Shown here piece by piece: positions 13,501 through 27,030 of a DNA stretch of 64,000 nt. Position numbers and translations under genes: made by a program. Position 1 is the first letter of the stretch. The number at the start of each line of letters is the position of its first letter. The notes below the pieces were generated by a model. It was given only the letters and a program-made list of their open reading frames with translations. It had not been told where the DNA came from and searched no databases. The DNA comes from Octopus vulgaris. Lineage: Eukaryota. The stretch spans positions 144,956,001-145,020,000 of the forward strand of contig OX597816.1 of assembly GCA_951406725.2 (NCBI GenBank), written 5' to 3'.

Positions 13501-16091
13501 GTTCTTCCTTGTCTAGACTCAGCTGGACCGTTTTCTTGATGCTTCTGCTATCCTTGGATTTAGTGCTTCGGTTCTTTCCTTTCTGAAAATTGAAGCCATT
13601 TCATAAGAACTCCGAATGGAATGAATCAATGTCAGCACTGTGATACAACCAGCGTTATTATTTGTCTACAGGATTAGCACTTAGAACTAGCAAATACGAA
13701 TGAAATTTAAGAACTACTAAAATTAAGAGAGCTGCATGATTCAAAGAATACGTCTTGTTACAGAATCCTACCATCAAAGAAAGCTGATTACGACACGAGT
13801 TGTTTGAAGACTTAGAATATTATTGCAGATAGATAAACGGCTGAATAATTTACACATGGCCCAAATCGTAGCTTTTCTATTCTCACATTGAACATGTTAT
13901 TGCAAAATACTACTACTACTGTTTGACAATATATGAGAGTTACTATGATTGGCCAGAGCATAGTATTTATTAAAAATACGATAATCAAGTGGCTATTAAC
14001 ATTATATGTAAAGTGGATAATAAATTTTCAAACAAACAACCAACAATAGCAAACTTGGTATTTCTTCCCATTTGAAAAGAAAAGTGGTAAATTAATAGCC
14101 TCTGATAAAAAGCTAGTGCGCTAAGTAAAATGAAACCAATTCATTTTCGCAGATTGCTTGAACTGTAGGTTCGCATGAAATGCACAATCTGAGTATTGCA
14201 ACTTAATTTGCAACACCAGCAATGTTGTACGTACTCATTCTCAAGATAATCTCGAGCCATTGCCAATAATATAGAATATAGATAAATAATATTAGTAAAA
14301 CAGCTGAACGTGGTTCAGTAGTGTACATATAAAACTAACGAAAGAAATATTTGTTCTGTAGGTATTGGAAAACAAAAGTGGAAAGACTACTAAGAGAATC
14401 TATATTGTCAGATAATACTACAAAAAGCTTATGTTATTCAGATGTTTTCATAAATCTCCAGAAAACAATGAAAGGCGGGCTTGACATATACTAGACAAGG
14501 TATTAAGAGTGTCTAACAGAACAGCAAACATATAATATCTTCATAAATACTGCATAACACAGATAAGCAGGCTATTTGAATTTGCTTCAGCCAAACAACT
14601 ACTAAACGACATTTTAACAGATGAGCAAATGAATGGGGCTCTAATGAAAGCTTCTGAAGCACCTGTTTTCGAGGAAACGTGTCAGTTTTTCGCTACAAAT
14701 CCTAGTGACATTATGGCAAGACCATAGAAGGTGTTTGACTGCGTCTCTCACCTGCAGGTACTAACATAATTTTAATGACTCACACCATAATTGCAATTGT
14801 TCTGGAGAATGACTAAAATATTTATTACATAACTGTCCCCCAAACTTTGATGCATTTTCAGTAACCGTTAAAAGCAGGCGATTGCGGGAATATTCTAACT
14901 TGTAATTCTGTCTTTGTCCCCCTCTCTCTTGCTCTCTCTCTCTCCTCTCTTTCTCTCTCTCTCTCCCTTACTGTTGCTATTTATCCTAGGTATATATCTC
15001 CTGTCTGTTCTGTTGAAGAAATTACAAGGAAGCAAGCCTAGATCAGCATAGTACAAAATTAATTTCATTTACAAAACCTTTGTCAGTTATCTGTGTATGC
15101 AATACACATGGCGCCAATTGAAAATTTGAGATGGCCATGAAGATTTTGCGATAGATAAATGTACGATTGGGCAAGGATAAGTATTCATAAAAGACAGATA
15201 GTAAATTGTTGACTGGCGTCAGACATCGATGGCGATAGTTTATCTGTCACAGCTTTATCAATCGCAACAACATTACATAAGTGAAGTTAGAGTGACAAAA
15301 GTGTGTTTCAATAAGTTTTGCAAATATTGAGATCAGATGAGTCTTCTTTTCACAAGTCAACATTATACAAAGCGTTTGCAGTATCAGCTAATGCAAATAG
15401 CTAACATAGTGGACAGGACACTTGAACAATATTGTAGCTTATGCAACAAAACAAGGTAAATAGTAATCATTTCTGGTAACTTCCATTCAAGATATGGTAC
15501 TAACACTAGCTATATCGAGTAAAGGACACGACCTATAAGACTTAAGAAAAATACTCCACAGCAACAAACAGAACGGCTTTTACATATCATAGCAAATATT
15601 CATGATTTTTCAATGCATATTAATGAATTAAGAGAATATAGGTCTAGTTAATAACTGAAACTGGCTCGCTAATGAAATTAAACTATTTAGACTTAACACG
15701 CTATCCTGGTTAGCATCAACATGTGGTAATTGGATGATGTTAGATAATTCATTCAGTTGGAAGCATTCAGACTAGTTTAATTACCCATCCGCCCATAGTG
15801 TGACCTGCAGATGTTTAGCTTACTCTGTATAAATCAAAAAAGGTGAATAGGATGGACAATGGCATAAACACTGCTCATCTGTTCTGACCAACTTTCTAAA
15901 AAAAAAGACACATCATTTCAATTACATTGGTGAGTTTATACCAGAGGTCTCCGACTTCCTTACGTATAACGTATGTTCTGGCAACAATATTATGTGTGCG
16001 ATCGCGTGTGCGTGTGTGTGTGTACAGTGACTACTTGATTTAATGAACCTAGATTTAATGGATTTACTGAAACACATTTGAATGAGAGAGG

Positions 16092-16153
<62 letters not shown>

Positions 16154-17547
16154 GTAAACTTATTTCTGAGATCAATATGGAAGGAAGAAAAAAAATAGCA
16201 TGAGGCTGTATAAGAAGAATGTTTTGGGGGAAATAATGCTTGTGATGGAGGATGAGAAGATACAAAGAATACAAGAATGTACATTGCACTTCAGAATCTC
16301 ACATCTCAAAATCTGCACTTTTTAATCCGGTAGGAGCTTTGTAGGAATTCAAGACTTCGACTTTTGGAAATGGCATGAAGACATTTTGATATAATATTGA
16401 AGGAGTGGAAGTAAATGACTTTCAGTGCGCATTTCTAAATTCTGGCATTGGAGGGAAACAACAGAATATGCTGTTTAGTAGTAGCTTGCAACTGATGAAG
16501 ATTATCCTATTTGACAGTTCAAAGTAATCAGAAAGCAAAACGAATCAGCATCTGAGGGGAAATCTGAAGTAAGCCGCTTTGTTTGAGCTAACTTCCTCAG
16601 CTCCAATTTTTATTTCATCTCAACCAATCTGTATGTTACAACTTCATAGAAGCGGACGATAGGTAGTGGCTTCACTTTCACCTCAACTTTTAGACACTGA
16701 CTAAAAATGTTCTGCACTAAGACTATGTTTAGGGTATAACATTCGTCTATTCCACTGTCAAGAAAGAAAATAAAATTGACATGACGTAAACTAATAAAAT
16801 TGCTGTCGAGAATCTGAAAGGATTTTCTCATTCGAATTACTGGGTGATTCTAATTTATACTAACGGTCTTGAAAAATCGACTTATAATTTCTAAATGTTT
16901 TCCTTTACGAGTGAGTAATTCATTCCGTGGAACTTTTTTTTCTACATCAAACAATATACAGTCTGTAATTCTCTTGTCACTACTACACCTTAGCTGAGTC
17001 GGTCAAATAAGAGTCAAAAAACATGTCGAGAATTGTCTCCTGCGCATATTGAAGAAACCAATAAATATAAGTTAATGTTTAATATTGTTTTTTTTTACTT
17101 CCTCACTACTTTTTGATGCCCTCTGCTTTAAATACAATAACATGCGCATAAAAATTGCTATTTTTCATCGCATTGATCTCCAAGGGTCATTTATTCTCCG
17201 AATATTTCTTTTGTGTAACACTTCAATTATACATTCTCGTAAATTTACTTAAAAGATTTCCTTTTCATTTTTCAATTTTTCTGTACTGTACTTACATTTT
17301 TTGTCATGTTCGCTGCATGATATATGACATGACTGAATTATCTATTATCAGTATTTTACATAGACACAGAACGCCTGGTTTACTGGCTGATATTGGAAAA
17401 TATGTAATTTTGATTGTTATGTAGAAGTGCATTACGTGTACAAGAAATAAAGTAGCTCGCACCAGGAAGCCTATTTTCGCTCATTAATAGCTGAATTTGA
17501 GTTGAACGTCTTCGCTTCTAGCATGTAACATTTCTCTTTTCCGTCTA

Positions 17548-17680
17548 CGACAGCAAGATGGTAGAATCATTAGCAATAAAAGCAAAATATCTAGCGGAAT
17601 TTCGTTCATTTTTACGTTCTGAGCGCAAAGTCGACCTTGCTTTTTATCCTTTCGGGTTCGATAAAATAATTACCAGTTGA
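17548..17680 (+). mobile_element. Decayed tRNA-derived SINE
   Basis: GTCGACCTTGCTTTTTATCCTTTCGGGTTCGATAAAATAATTACCAG matches the SINE central block. Confidence 0.6.
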
Positions 17681-17782
17681 GCTCTAGGGCCGAAACTGCT
17701 GATCCCGCACCAAAATATGAAGCTAATATTTCTTTTCCATACATGCAAATTAATACGGGAATTAATACGTAGTACTTAAGAA

Positions 17783-17844
<62 letters not shown>

Positions 17845-18502
17845 TGTATGTAATGTATGTATATATTTCTACAAGTATCATTCATCCACTGCCGTGGGTA
17901 AGTATATTCTTAAGGTCAACATTTAGTCACTCGCGGGCACTTCTAGGCGTCACCACCAATTCAGTTCTCAGACTGAATGCATTTTTTTAACAACGTTGGT
18001 CCAGTTTTAAGCTACATTTGGAGGTTAAATAATTGAAATTTGATTCATTAGAAAAAAAGCTAGTTCAAAATATGTGAAGTCAAAAATGGGAGAATAAGGC
18101 GAAAAATTGACTTTGAATCAAACTATCTCAGTTATTTTAAAAAACTTAAATCAATTTGGGTTGAAACGAATGTGTTCCTTCAGAAGGATAGATTGGGAGA
18201 AAATCTATTAAAAGGACAAACTACCAAAAAAAAAAAGAAAGAAAGTAGTGTGGCTTTAAGCGACAAAAATATGGTAACACCGCACACCAAATTGACTTTG
18301 AATGAAAATATCTCAGCTATTGTGAAAGAATACTATACAATAGATGGATTCAAATGAAATAGCTCTATGAGAGGAATCTTATGGTGAAGATCACGTCATA
18401 AAATATTTGCTACATAAAAAGTGGTGTGGTTTTAAGTGACGAAGAAGTGATGATTTTTAATAAATCAAAATAATTTTGTCATTTTAAGATATTTAGCGTT
18501 AT

Positions 18503-21128
18503 AAATGCCTTGTTGAAGTCGACAGAGTTGTGATAAAAGAGTAGCGTGCAGATGTTTTTCACTGTGCAAACTAATGTTAAATATATGCTCCACAATACTC
18601 CTTTGGGGCCTAAATTCTGCCTGTTCTTCCCTTGCCCTTTAGTGTGTTTGGCAGAATTCTTAAGAATACATTGTTAGGTTGGCTATTTAGGCTGATTGTT
18701 CTATAATTCTGAAAGAGTCTAGAGTTGCCTTTCCTGGAATGGGTATTATCAGTAATTGGGTCCACTACTTTGTCCTATGCTTCGTCTTCCATATCTTCAG
18801 ACAGTAACTGTTAGTGTCTTGATAAGATTTGACCCTCGAGGAGCTCTAATGGATTGTTATCCAATCCTGCGGATTTCCCATCTTTAAGCTTGCGCACTGC
18901 TTCTTCAACTCCTTCCGAAGAATTGGAGTATCCCCAAGTTCTCTGTTATTGTTGTTGTCGGAATTGTCTGGGATGTTGTCATATTTGAATTTGTGATTGT
19001 AAAGGTCTTTTAATAACATCATTCTCATGTATGAGAAGCAAGCCTGTTTTGTCCTCATGATATTGGGTGTATATTTCTTTATTTTCGTTAGGATTTGAGG
19101 GTTTCATTAGCAACCTTGTGAACGTCTTTCTTTATTCTAGCTTCGATTATTTTGGACTGGTTTGCCATCCATTCCTCTTTGGCTTACCTCATTTTCTTCC
19201 TAAAATTTCTATTCACAGCATTGTATTGCTGATTTGTCTCATATCCCGTTAGCTGGGACTTATTCAGGGCCTGTCTTAAATCACATAGATCTAAGATGTA
19301 AGCAGTCAGTGACCCATAGTTGCTTTTTCCTTCTTATGCCTAGTACTTCGAGAGCCATTTCCTGAAGTGTTTCTTTGATGTTACCTGTCAGGGAGTCTGT
19401 AAATATTCTAGAAGGTTAAGGACTGCAAACCTGCCACTCACTTTCACTTCAAACTCTGATGCAACTCTGGCTCTTTTGTGGTGGGTACTTTTCAGTTTGA
19501 GCTTCATTATCATCATGTCCAAATCATGATCCTTTTTGACATCCACACTAGGGAAGTTCTTACGCCTGATCGTGTTGATGTTTGACTTGAACTTTTGAGT
19601 GCGTGGATAAAGTCAATTTGGTTATGAAACTTGCCGATGAGAGCATGCCATGTTGTTCTGCACGAGGTTTTGCGTGGGTTTTGTGTGCTGGCCAGGGTCA
19701 GCTTATACTTGCTTGCGAATTCTAGGAGTCGCAATCAACAATCTTTGGTTTCCCCGATTCCGAATCGTCCCACTTTCCTGGCCCACTGTCTCCTAAGATA
19801 ATGAGGATATCTTTTTTTAGGAGATGCCTTGGCAATTCTCCCCCAAGTCCTCATAGAATTCCTCAACGACATCATCATCATATTCAAGTGTTGGTGAATA
19901 GACTTGTGTGATGGTAATATTCTGTGGTCTTGCAGCCACCAGTAAGGTGACGAGCCTGCTGGATACTGGTGTACATCTGATGGCTGAACTTACTCTGACT
20001 TTCTTAACGATGAAGCTCACTCCATGTTCAAGCTTGGTGTTATTTCCGCCCACCGCAGCCTGTGGCCTTCGTCTGTTGTTGTGTCGCCAAATCCAGTTCA
20101 CCTGACTTTAGCGAGACCTAGGATATCCTAGGTGTACCTGTTAAGTTTGTGAATAAATTCCTTCGTCCTTCCACGATTTCGTCGATCCCCTAAAGACCTT
20201 TGACTGTGTTTGGCACGATAGGTTGTGGAAGGTTATGAAATATTACAATTTCGACAACAACCTCATCGAAATAATCCAAGTACTGTATGAAAACTCAAGC
20301 AGTGCAATTCTCCTGAACAACATCAGAGAATTCTTCAAGACAACAGTGGATGTTCGACAAGGATGTCTCTTCACTCCAGTGCTTTTCGACCTATTTCTGG
20401 AGAACAACAAGCAGGAGACACTTCAAGACCTCCACTGGAGAACGGCCCATTTTCAACCTGGCTTTTGCTGACGATATTGACCAGTAAGAAATCGAACTGG
20501 AAAACGTATCAGGAACATACGGGAAGGAGATCAGTCCAGAGAAGAGCAAGATCCTGGCTAATAGTAATAATCAAACCAGCAACCAACATCATGCTAAGCG
20601 GAGAGAGATCTCATGAAGTGGAAAACCTCAAGTACCTACGATCTATTTTGACCAAGGGCAGTAAATTTTAAAAGTATATGAGACTCAGTTGGTTTTTCCA
20701 ACAAGATTTGGAGGGTATATGACCCTGGTGATTTCCTTCTGCATGGGTGAAAGATATAGCCTCTTATAACCGAAAAATTCAGACATTTGAGCGCAAAACG
20801 AACAGCTTTCTTGAGCAGTAAGCCAACAAATACGCTGGCAGACAGGAACTCCTTGCTCAGATATAAAGACAAAAGTTTGCCTGGTACGGTCATGTAACCC
20901 ACTTCAACTCCTTGTCCAAAACCATTCTCCAGTTGTTGAAGGGCAAAGGAGAGGCAGATAGAAAACATCCTAGTTTAACAACGTCAAGGACTGGACAGAG
21001 CAGAGCACAGCGAACATGCAACGCATGACAAAAACCTGAGACCAATGGCGACGACTGACTATAAACGCGTCAAGTGTGGTACCCCAACGACAGTCTGCAT
21101 TAATTAAGGGATCTTGATGATGAGGATG
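18503..21128. mobile_element. Decayed RTE-clade LINE with inverted 5' half
   Basis: Minus strand 20170 to 18503: AP endonuclease (HGVSFIV, TPVSSRLVTL, ITITQVYSPT) through to RT start (EEQAEFRP, VDFNKAF). Plus strand 20172-21128: RT (FVD..KTFD.VWH, VRQGC..PVLFDLFLE) and GAT-rich tail. AGCGTTAT on both flanks. Confidence 0.85.
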
Positions 21129-22293
21129 AGCGTTATGAAAGATGGTATCTGATGTCAGGGGTCGTTTAGCTTAATTGCACAAAGCACTTAACCGAAAATT
21201 TAGAGCTACGGGCTTCGATTATCGGTAGCGGCTTGTTGGCCACTTTTTCCTGCCATCTAAGCTGTTTCACAGCTATTCTGCATTAGAGATTTCCTTTATT
21301 TTCTGCAAAATGCCAACCCAGTCGGTGCCTCAAAGTTTTTTTATAAAAATATATATCTTCAAATTGTCAAAATAAGTACTTTATGTGAAAATGGTGTTGT
21401 TGCTGTTAGTGATCATCTTTATCACCGATTATAAGCTATAATGAATAAAGTATTTGAGGCAAATATACAATCCAAATTTTTGGAATATCACACATTTTTT
21501 AAAGAAAACAGTATCAAATAAAAGGGTCTCCTCATGTTCATATTAAAATTTAGATGGATCAAGCACCTATTTATGACAAATATTACCCAGAAAATTTCCA
21601 AAAATCATAGGATGATATATTACTTGCAGATTGCCATGTTTAGTGTCTAGCCTCACTCTTTACAATTTGGTCAATTATTTTCAGATGCATTCAAGCAGCA
21701 AAACTTGCTTGAGAATTTATGGAAAAGGGAAAAATGTGCTCAAAAAATGTCGATTTGGCTTTCTTAAGGATGAACGAAGATTATATTTCTTCATTGTTGC
21801 TGAATGTGTCAAATTAAGAAGAAATGGAAAAGGTGTTAAAAGGCTTCATCAACTTCAAAGAAAATCATCTGAAAAATCTATCAATGATAACAGTTCTTTA
21901 TTACTTTTAATATGGCTGGCAAATGTTGGCTGTCAGTATATTGGAGAAAGCAGTATGATATTGACCAGATAAGATACTGACCAAACGAAATCTGAGAAAA
22001 ATGAAGCGGAAGCTGTTTAAGAAAATTTGGTTCAAAATACATTTCCTTTCTGAAATTGTTTATGAAATAGTATGTGCACTTTTGTTTTTTTATATTACTT
22101 TTTACTTTTTATCGCATATTTTAAAGTTTAAATTAATATTTTTTATTTAAAAAATTTCTTGGTATTAAACTACAACTTTTCAGTCTTATTTTTAGTATTA
22201 CTGGAATGAAAAATATAAAGATGAATATAATTAATTATAATAATAAAAAAGCGTTCTCTGAAGAAAAGTGAACTAGAATGAAAAAATGCGGGT

Positions 22294-23147
22294 GCAGAGT
22301 GTTAGAGTATTCTTAAGTATTGAACCTAGAAAAGCTCAGGGCAAGAAGAAAAGAAAAAAACTTAAAATATTGCTGCTGAAGTTAGAATTTAAAAAATAAT
22401 GCTCTTTTATATTTTAGATTTTTACATAAAAGTTTAAATCAAAATACTAAAGAAGCTATTTATTTTTAATTTTAGGGTCAAAACTAATTGCTTGAAAGTT
22501 TACACTTCAAAACATTAATATTATAATTTTAGTGATTTATATATTTATAAAATCACATAGCAGTAATTTGAGCTACATTGATCATGTATTATAACACCTA
22601 ATTTTTTCTTTTAAATTGTGAGTCATTTCAACATCTTACATTCAATTTGTTCATTAGCTGTCATTTTTTGAAATAGTCTTCTGACTGTAAATAGAAAATA
22701 CTTCGTTATCTGATAATGCAATGTTTAAAAAAATAGATTCTTTGTTTCTTTAAAAAAATTTTGCATTACATATAGTCTACATGAGTTTAATTTTAACACA
22801 ATATCTGTGATTAAAAGTTTTGTATAATGAATTTTGTTATGAAAATAAAATTAAAAGATATAATAAAATTAAAAATATAATACTAAAAATGATAAAAATA
22901 TTTTTGCTTAACACAAAGAAATTTTTAAATCAAAAATATTAACTTAAATTTAAAAATTGCAATAAAAAGTCAAAAAATCAATAAGTGCACACACTATTTG
23001 ATGAACAATTTCAGAAATTTATTTAGCAAATTCAGCAGCAATAGTTTAAGTCTTTTCTTCTAGTCCTGCACTTTTTCAGGTTTAATAACTGCTCATCCAG
23101 CACAATATTTCCATGTTCAATACTTAAGAATATTCTAACGCTCTGCG
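22294..23147. mobile_element. AT-rich non-autonomous DNA element with about 40-bp terminal inverted repeats
   Basis: GCAGAGTGTTAGAGTATTCTTAAGTATTGAAC versus GTTCAATACTTAAGAATATTCTAACGCTCTGC; no clear TSD; a related inverted piece at about 22050-22085. Confidence 0.5.
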
Positions 23148-23699
23148 TGTATACATGCTTGTGTCATGGTAATGGCCATTGGATTTAAAGTATATAAAAT
23201 TTGCTATGTGTAGACTTTTGTATGAGAGAAACGACTAAATTACTTCTTAACTGAGTAAGAGCTTTTCCAGTTTGAATTGATATGTATTTTTATGTATACT
23301 TATGTAATAGATGAATACATGTGTATATCTATATACTATTGTATATATTATATATGTTTGTATATAAATAAGTATGTATGTAAGTTTGTAAAACATAAGA
23401 CTATGCAAAGTTACACTATTAATTCACACTTTCATATCTACCTCAACTACAAAGTTCTCTGCTCGCGGCTGTGTACTACCTCCTTGGAAAACTATTCTTT
23501 ATGCTCATTTATATTCTTGTCGTCACTCCTATTTGCCTCCCTAAGTGGCTAATACTAAGCACTTCAGCCAATATGGTGTATCAAGAACGCTAATCATCGG
23601 AAAATTCTCTTCTGTCGATATTTATTCTGCAGTTATCATGAATTTCGCAGCTCCCCCCATCTCGATCAGATTAATGCTGCTAATGTTCCGCTTAAAATT

Positions 23700-24130
23700 T
23701 TACAAGTAAACACCAGCAAAAAAAGTATGAGTAGGGAAGATATTCCAGAAGGCATACGTTCTAGGGAGGAGTGTGTGAGTGTAATGTGTAGTTCAGTGTC
23801 TGAGGTTTGAACACAACATAGCTAATGAGAGTGGGAAAGACGGGTCAGTCGTGAGTACCTGAGTGGTATTAGACCAGTAAGCTCCGAAAAATTAGGGCCA
23901 TTTTAATGGTACAGTATAGTTCCAGTGTGGGGCAATACTCCATTATGGGCCACATGTGAGAAGAGGGAGGTGGGTATTTTCTAACTCCGAAGAGAAACAT
24001 CAACTTTTGGGTTCACTCAGAGCCATGTAAAGAATGTGATTTGATTAGGTGAGATCCCTACTGATAGTGAGTTCCAACATTTGAAACGATTATGAGGGCT
24101 CTAGTTGCATGTTGCACATGTCTAAGGAAC
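23700..24130 (-). pseudogene. Highly decayed LINE RT C-terminal remnant
   Basis: Minus-strand HMWPIMEYCPTL resembles the RP.LEY...W motif of CR1/L2/Jockey RTs; many stops. Confidence 0.35.
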
Positions 24131-24159
24131 GTGTGGTGTGACGTTATTTTTATTGTATA

Positions 24160-25267
24160 ATAGCTGGCGTACTCGGTAATTCCCGGAAAAGCGGGGCTTA
24201 TCCCTTGGTTCCGTTCTCATAACTGTTCCGCTAATCCAATAACAGCAAATCATGTAGCCCTTAAAACGGTTTTTGTGCATTTACAGAAAATACCGACTGT
24301 CTTACATAGGATCATGTTTTCAGGAATTCCCAATAAGTTATTAATACTCAAATTGTGAAGTCAGTTACATAATAACATGAAATTAGTTACTCGATAGTAA
24401 GAATTCAAATAAAGTAGTCTCGAAAAGGGCTTTAATGCGTTCCCAGAGTATATAGAACTTAGAAGGAAATACCAATAACGTATATATACCAAAATCGTGA
24501 AGCATATTACGTAATAACAGGTTAGTCAGATATGAGATAATAACAATTCAAAGTAAATAACTCTGAAAAGGTCTTTTGTACATTCCCAGAGAATATTACC
24601 TCAGGGGCTTTAGTGTTGAAATAGATTGACAATGAATGTAGAAACAGACTGACATTTAGTTTTAGAGTAGACATACAAATAAATTTGCATATAAATTTAA
24701 AAATAAGATAACATGCAGATTATCAATACATTTACAACACTTACAAATATTACAGTTAAAAAATAAATACCTGTTGATTTATTTGGTGTGACTTTTGTGA
24801 TGGCAGTGCATTTGTCTAAAAGCAGAACAGTTCTCCATGCAGCGCTTGTTAATTGGCTGAAGTGACAGAAAAGTTATCGTCATTTATGGTATATTCGTGA
24901 ATAAGTCACAAACCGAAATAAGTGGACCTACTGCTTAGGAAAAGACTATTTCCTTATTTAAGGGTTGTACTGGATAAACTGCGAAAATAACTCTAACAAT
25001 TCAACTACTAAGTAATAAACATGCTCAACTTGTTTATATAGGAAACGAGCGTGTTATTTCCCTTGGCTAGGAAAATGAATGGGTTATTTCTCATGGCTGT
25101 TAAAATAAAATATATTAGTTATATATAAGGATCCATTACTAAACTTCAATTAGCTTAGTAACAAAATGGATGTTACTTTAGCAAGTTTTCAAAGTTTCAC
25201 GAAAATTCGTTGAAGGGTGTAGGCACAAACAGACAAATAAACAACTAACTTTTATATATGTATAAGA
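24160..25267 (-). mobile_element. Probable non-autonomous Helitron
   Basis: Minus strand starts A|TCTTATACATATATAAAAG and ends CCGGGAATTACCGAGTACGCCAGCTAT|T (GC-rich subterminal motif and CTAG-like end); internal repeats of about 140-bp period. Confidence 0.45.
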
Positions 25268-25468
25268 TGTCTAGTGCTTGAAATTTTTCTTTTTAAATAG
25301 AAAAGATTGACATGACTTCATCGGAGGTTGCTTTTGCTATTTCTCTGCAGGATATCAATCTAAGTTTAGATGTAGTATCTAAGTTGCATCTGGATTATGC
25401 AATTACTTCATCCCTCTCCCAAATTATATTTGTTATAAAGAAACCAGAAAGAAACAGCAAAGGTACAG

Positions 25469-25577
<109 letters not shown>

Positions 25578-25631
25578 GCAAACAACTTGCACATGCAAGT
25601 GCTACCAGTTAAAAGCTCCGTATATCGGAAG

Positions 25632-25742
25632 CTAGCAAGTGTATGGGGTCATCAGGAGAGAATGCGCGCCGTTTCGGGGCCTACCTCTCGACGGCATCAA
25701 TGCGCACCGGCCCCCTCACTGATATGAGGCCCCGCTTGCTAG
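25632..25742 (-). ncRNA. Multi-helix pseudoknotted RNA containing all hammerhead core strands in permuted order
   Basis: CTAGCAAGC-GGGG-CCTCATATCAGTGAG-GGGGCC-GG-TGCGC-ATTGAT-GCCGTC-GAGAG-GTA-GGCCCC-GAAA-CGGC-GCGCA-TT-CTCTC-CTGATGA-CCCC-ATAC-ACTTGCTAG; six perfect or near-perfect helices. Confidence 0.55.
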
Positions 25743-25959
25743 ATCAGCTGGTTATGATGAACTCAATATACTTCTAGCCATCGCTCATCGTCTCTTTTTA
25801 ACCAAATCCAGTGGCTAGCCTTCTCCACTGTAGATTGGATATCAGTCATGGTGGTATTGACTTTACGATGAGTTAGGCCTAACGATAACAACAGTCGTCT
25901 CACGCTGTGTCCTACAAACCCTCTACATCCGACTTCGATAGGAATTTTTAGAAATTAAA

Positions 25960-26044
<85 letters not shown>

Positions 26045-26070
26045 GATCTATATATATACACGTATGTACT

Positions 26071-26600
26071 AATGCTTGTAATTATTCAGTTTTATTTCAA
26101 GATTTCTTGCCAATAGAGAAAAAAGCTGATTACTAACAGATCCAAGGCTCCTTCATTGGAATTTTAACATAACAACAGGTTATTTTTGTATGTATGAATA
26201 CGTGAAGATTTGTATGTTTTGTTTAATGTATGTCTTCTCATGCATATACTTGCATATCTAGATATACTCACATATACTTAAATGATAAACTTCTGGAAAG
26301 GTTTTACAGTTCCAGTGATGGTTTGGACATGTAGTCTTCGAATCAGCTTTCTCCTTTCTGGTTTAGAGAAGTTTAATTTCTAAAAATTAGTATTTAGGCA
26401 GTGTGTTAGATATCCCAGTGCCATAGTAATTACAGGTATAAACTTGAACTTGTAATCTGGATGGAGTAACTGCACATTTCTCAATAGTTCAACGTAGGTA
26501 TTCTCTTTTCCACTGATCTTCCACTTTATGATTTCCACAACAGTACAATTTCTCTTCTCTATGCCAAATCATTATATCAGGTCTATTGTGTTTACATTTT
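26071..26600 (-). mobile_element. 3' end of an R4/Dong-like non-LTR element (restriction-like endonuclease + 3' UTR)
   Basis: Minus translation KCKHNRPDIMIW...KENTYVELLRNVQLLHPDYKFKFIPVITMALG matches the RPD..K..Y..PI..GALG pattern of RLE domains. Confidence 0.7.
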
Positions 26601-26653
26601 ATTGAGGTTTATATGTATGTATATATATATGTGTGTGTGTGTGTGTAGATATG

Positions 26654-26698
<45 letters not shown>

Positions 26699-26701
<3 letters not shown>

Positions 26702-27030
26702 CGCATGGTTCAGTTGCTAGAGCGTCGAGCTTACGATCGGGAGGCTGTGAGTTCGAATTCCGGACTGGGCTGCGTGTTGTGTTCTTGAGCTAGACACTTT
26801 ATTTCAAATTGCTCCAGTTCATTCAGCTGTAGAAATGAGTTGCGAGGTCACAGGTGCCAAGCTGTATCGGCCTTTGCCTTTCCCTTGGATAACACTGGTG
26901 GTGTGGAGAGGGGAGGCCGGTATGCATGGGCAACTGCTGGTCTTCCATAAACAGCTTTGCTCCGACTTGTTCCTGGGAAGGTAACTTTCTAGGTGCAATC
27001 CCATGGTCAGTCATGACCGAAGGGGATCTC
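26699..27030 (+). mobile_element. tRNA-derived SINE with CORE-like segment
   Basis: A-box-like TGGTTCAGTTG, B box GAGTTCGAATTCC, GTGTTCTTGAGCTAGACACTTTA; inserted in (TA)n. Confidence 0.8.

Noticed and set aside
24771-24815. 45-nt minus-strand exon candidate (DKCTAITKVTPNKST) phase-compatible with 41040-41154
   Set aside because: It lies inside the probable Helitron and loosely resembles the helicase motif TINKSQG; chance splice sites are common in this composition.
26699-26775. tRNA gene
   Set aside because: A and B boxes are present but there is no complete cloverleaf, and it continues into a SINE body.
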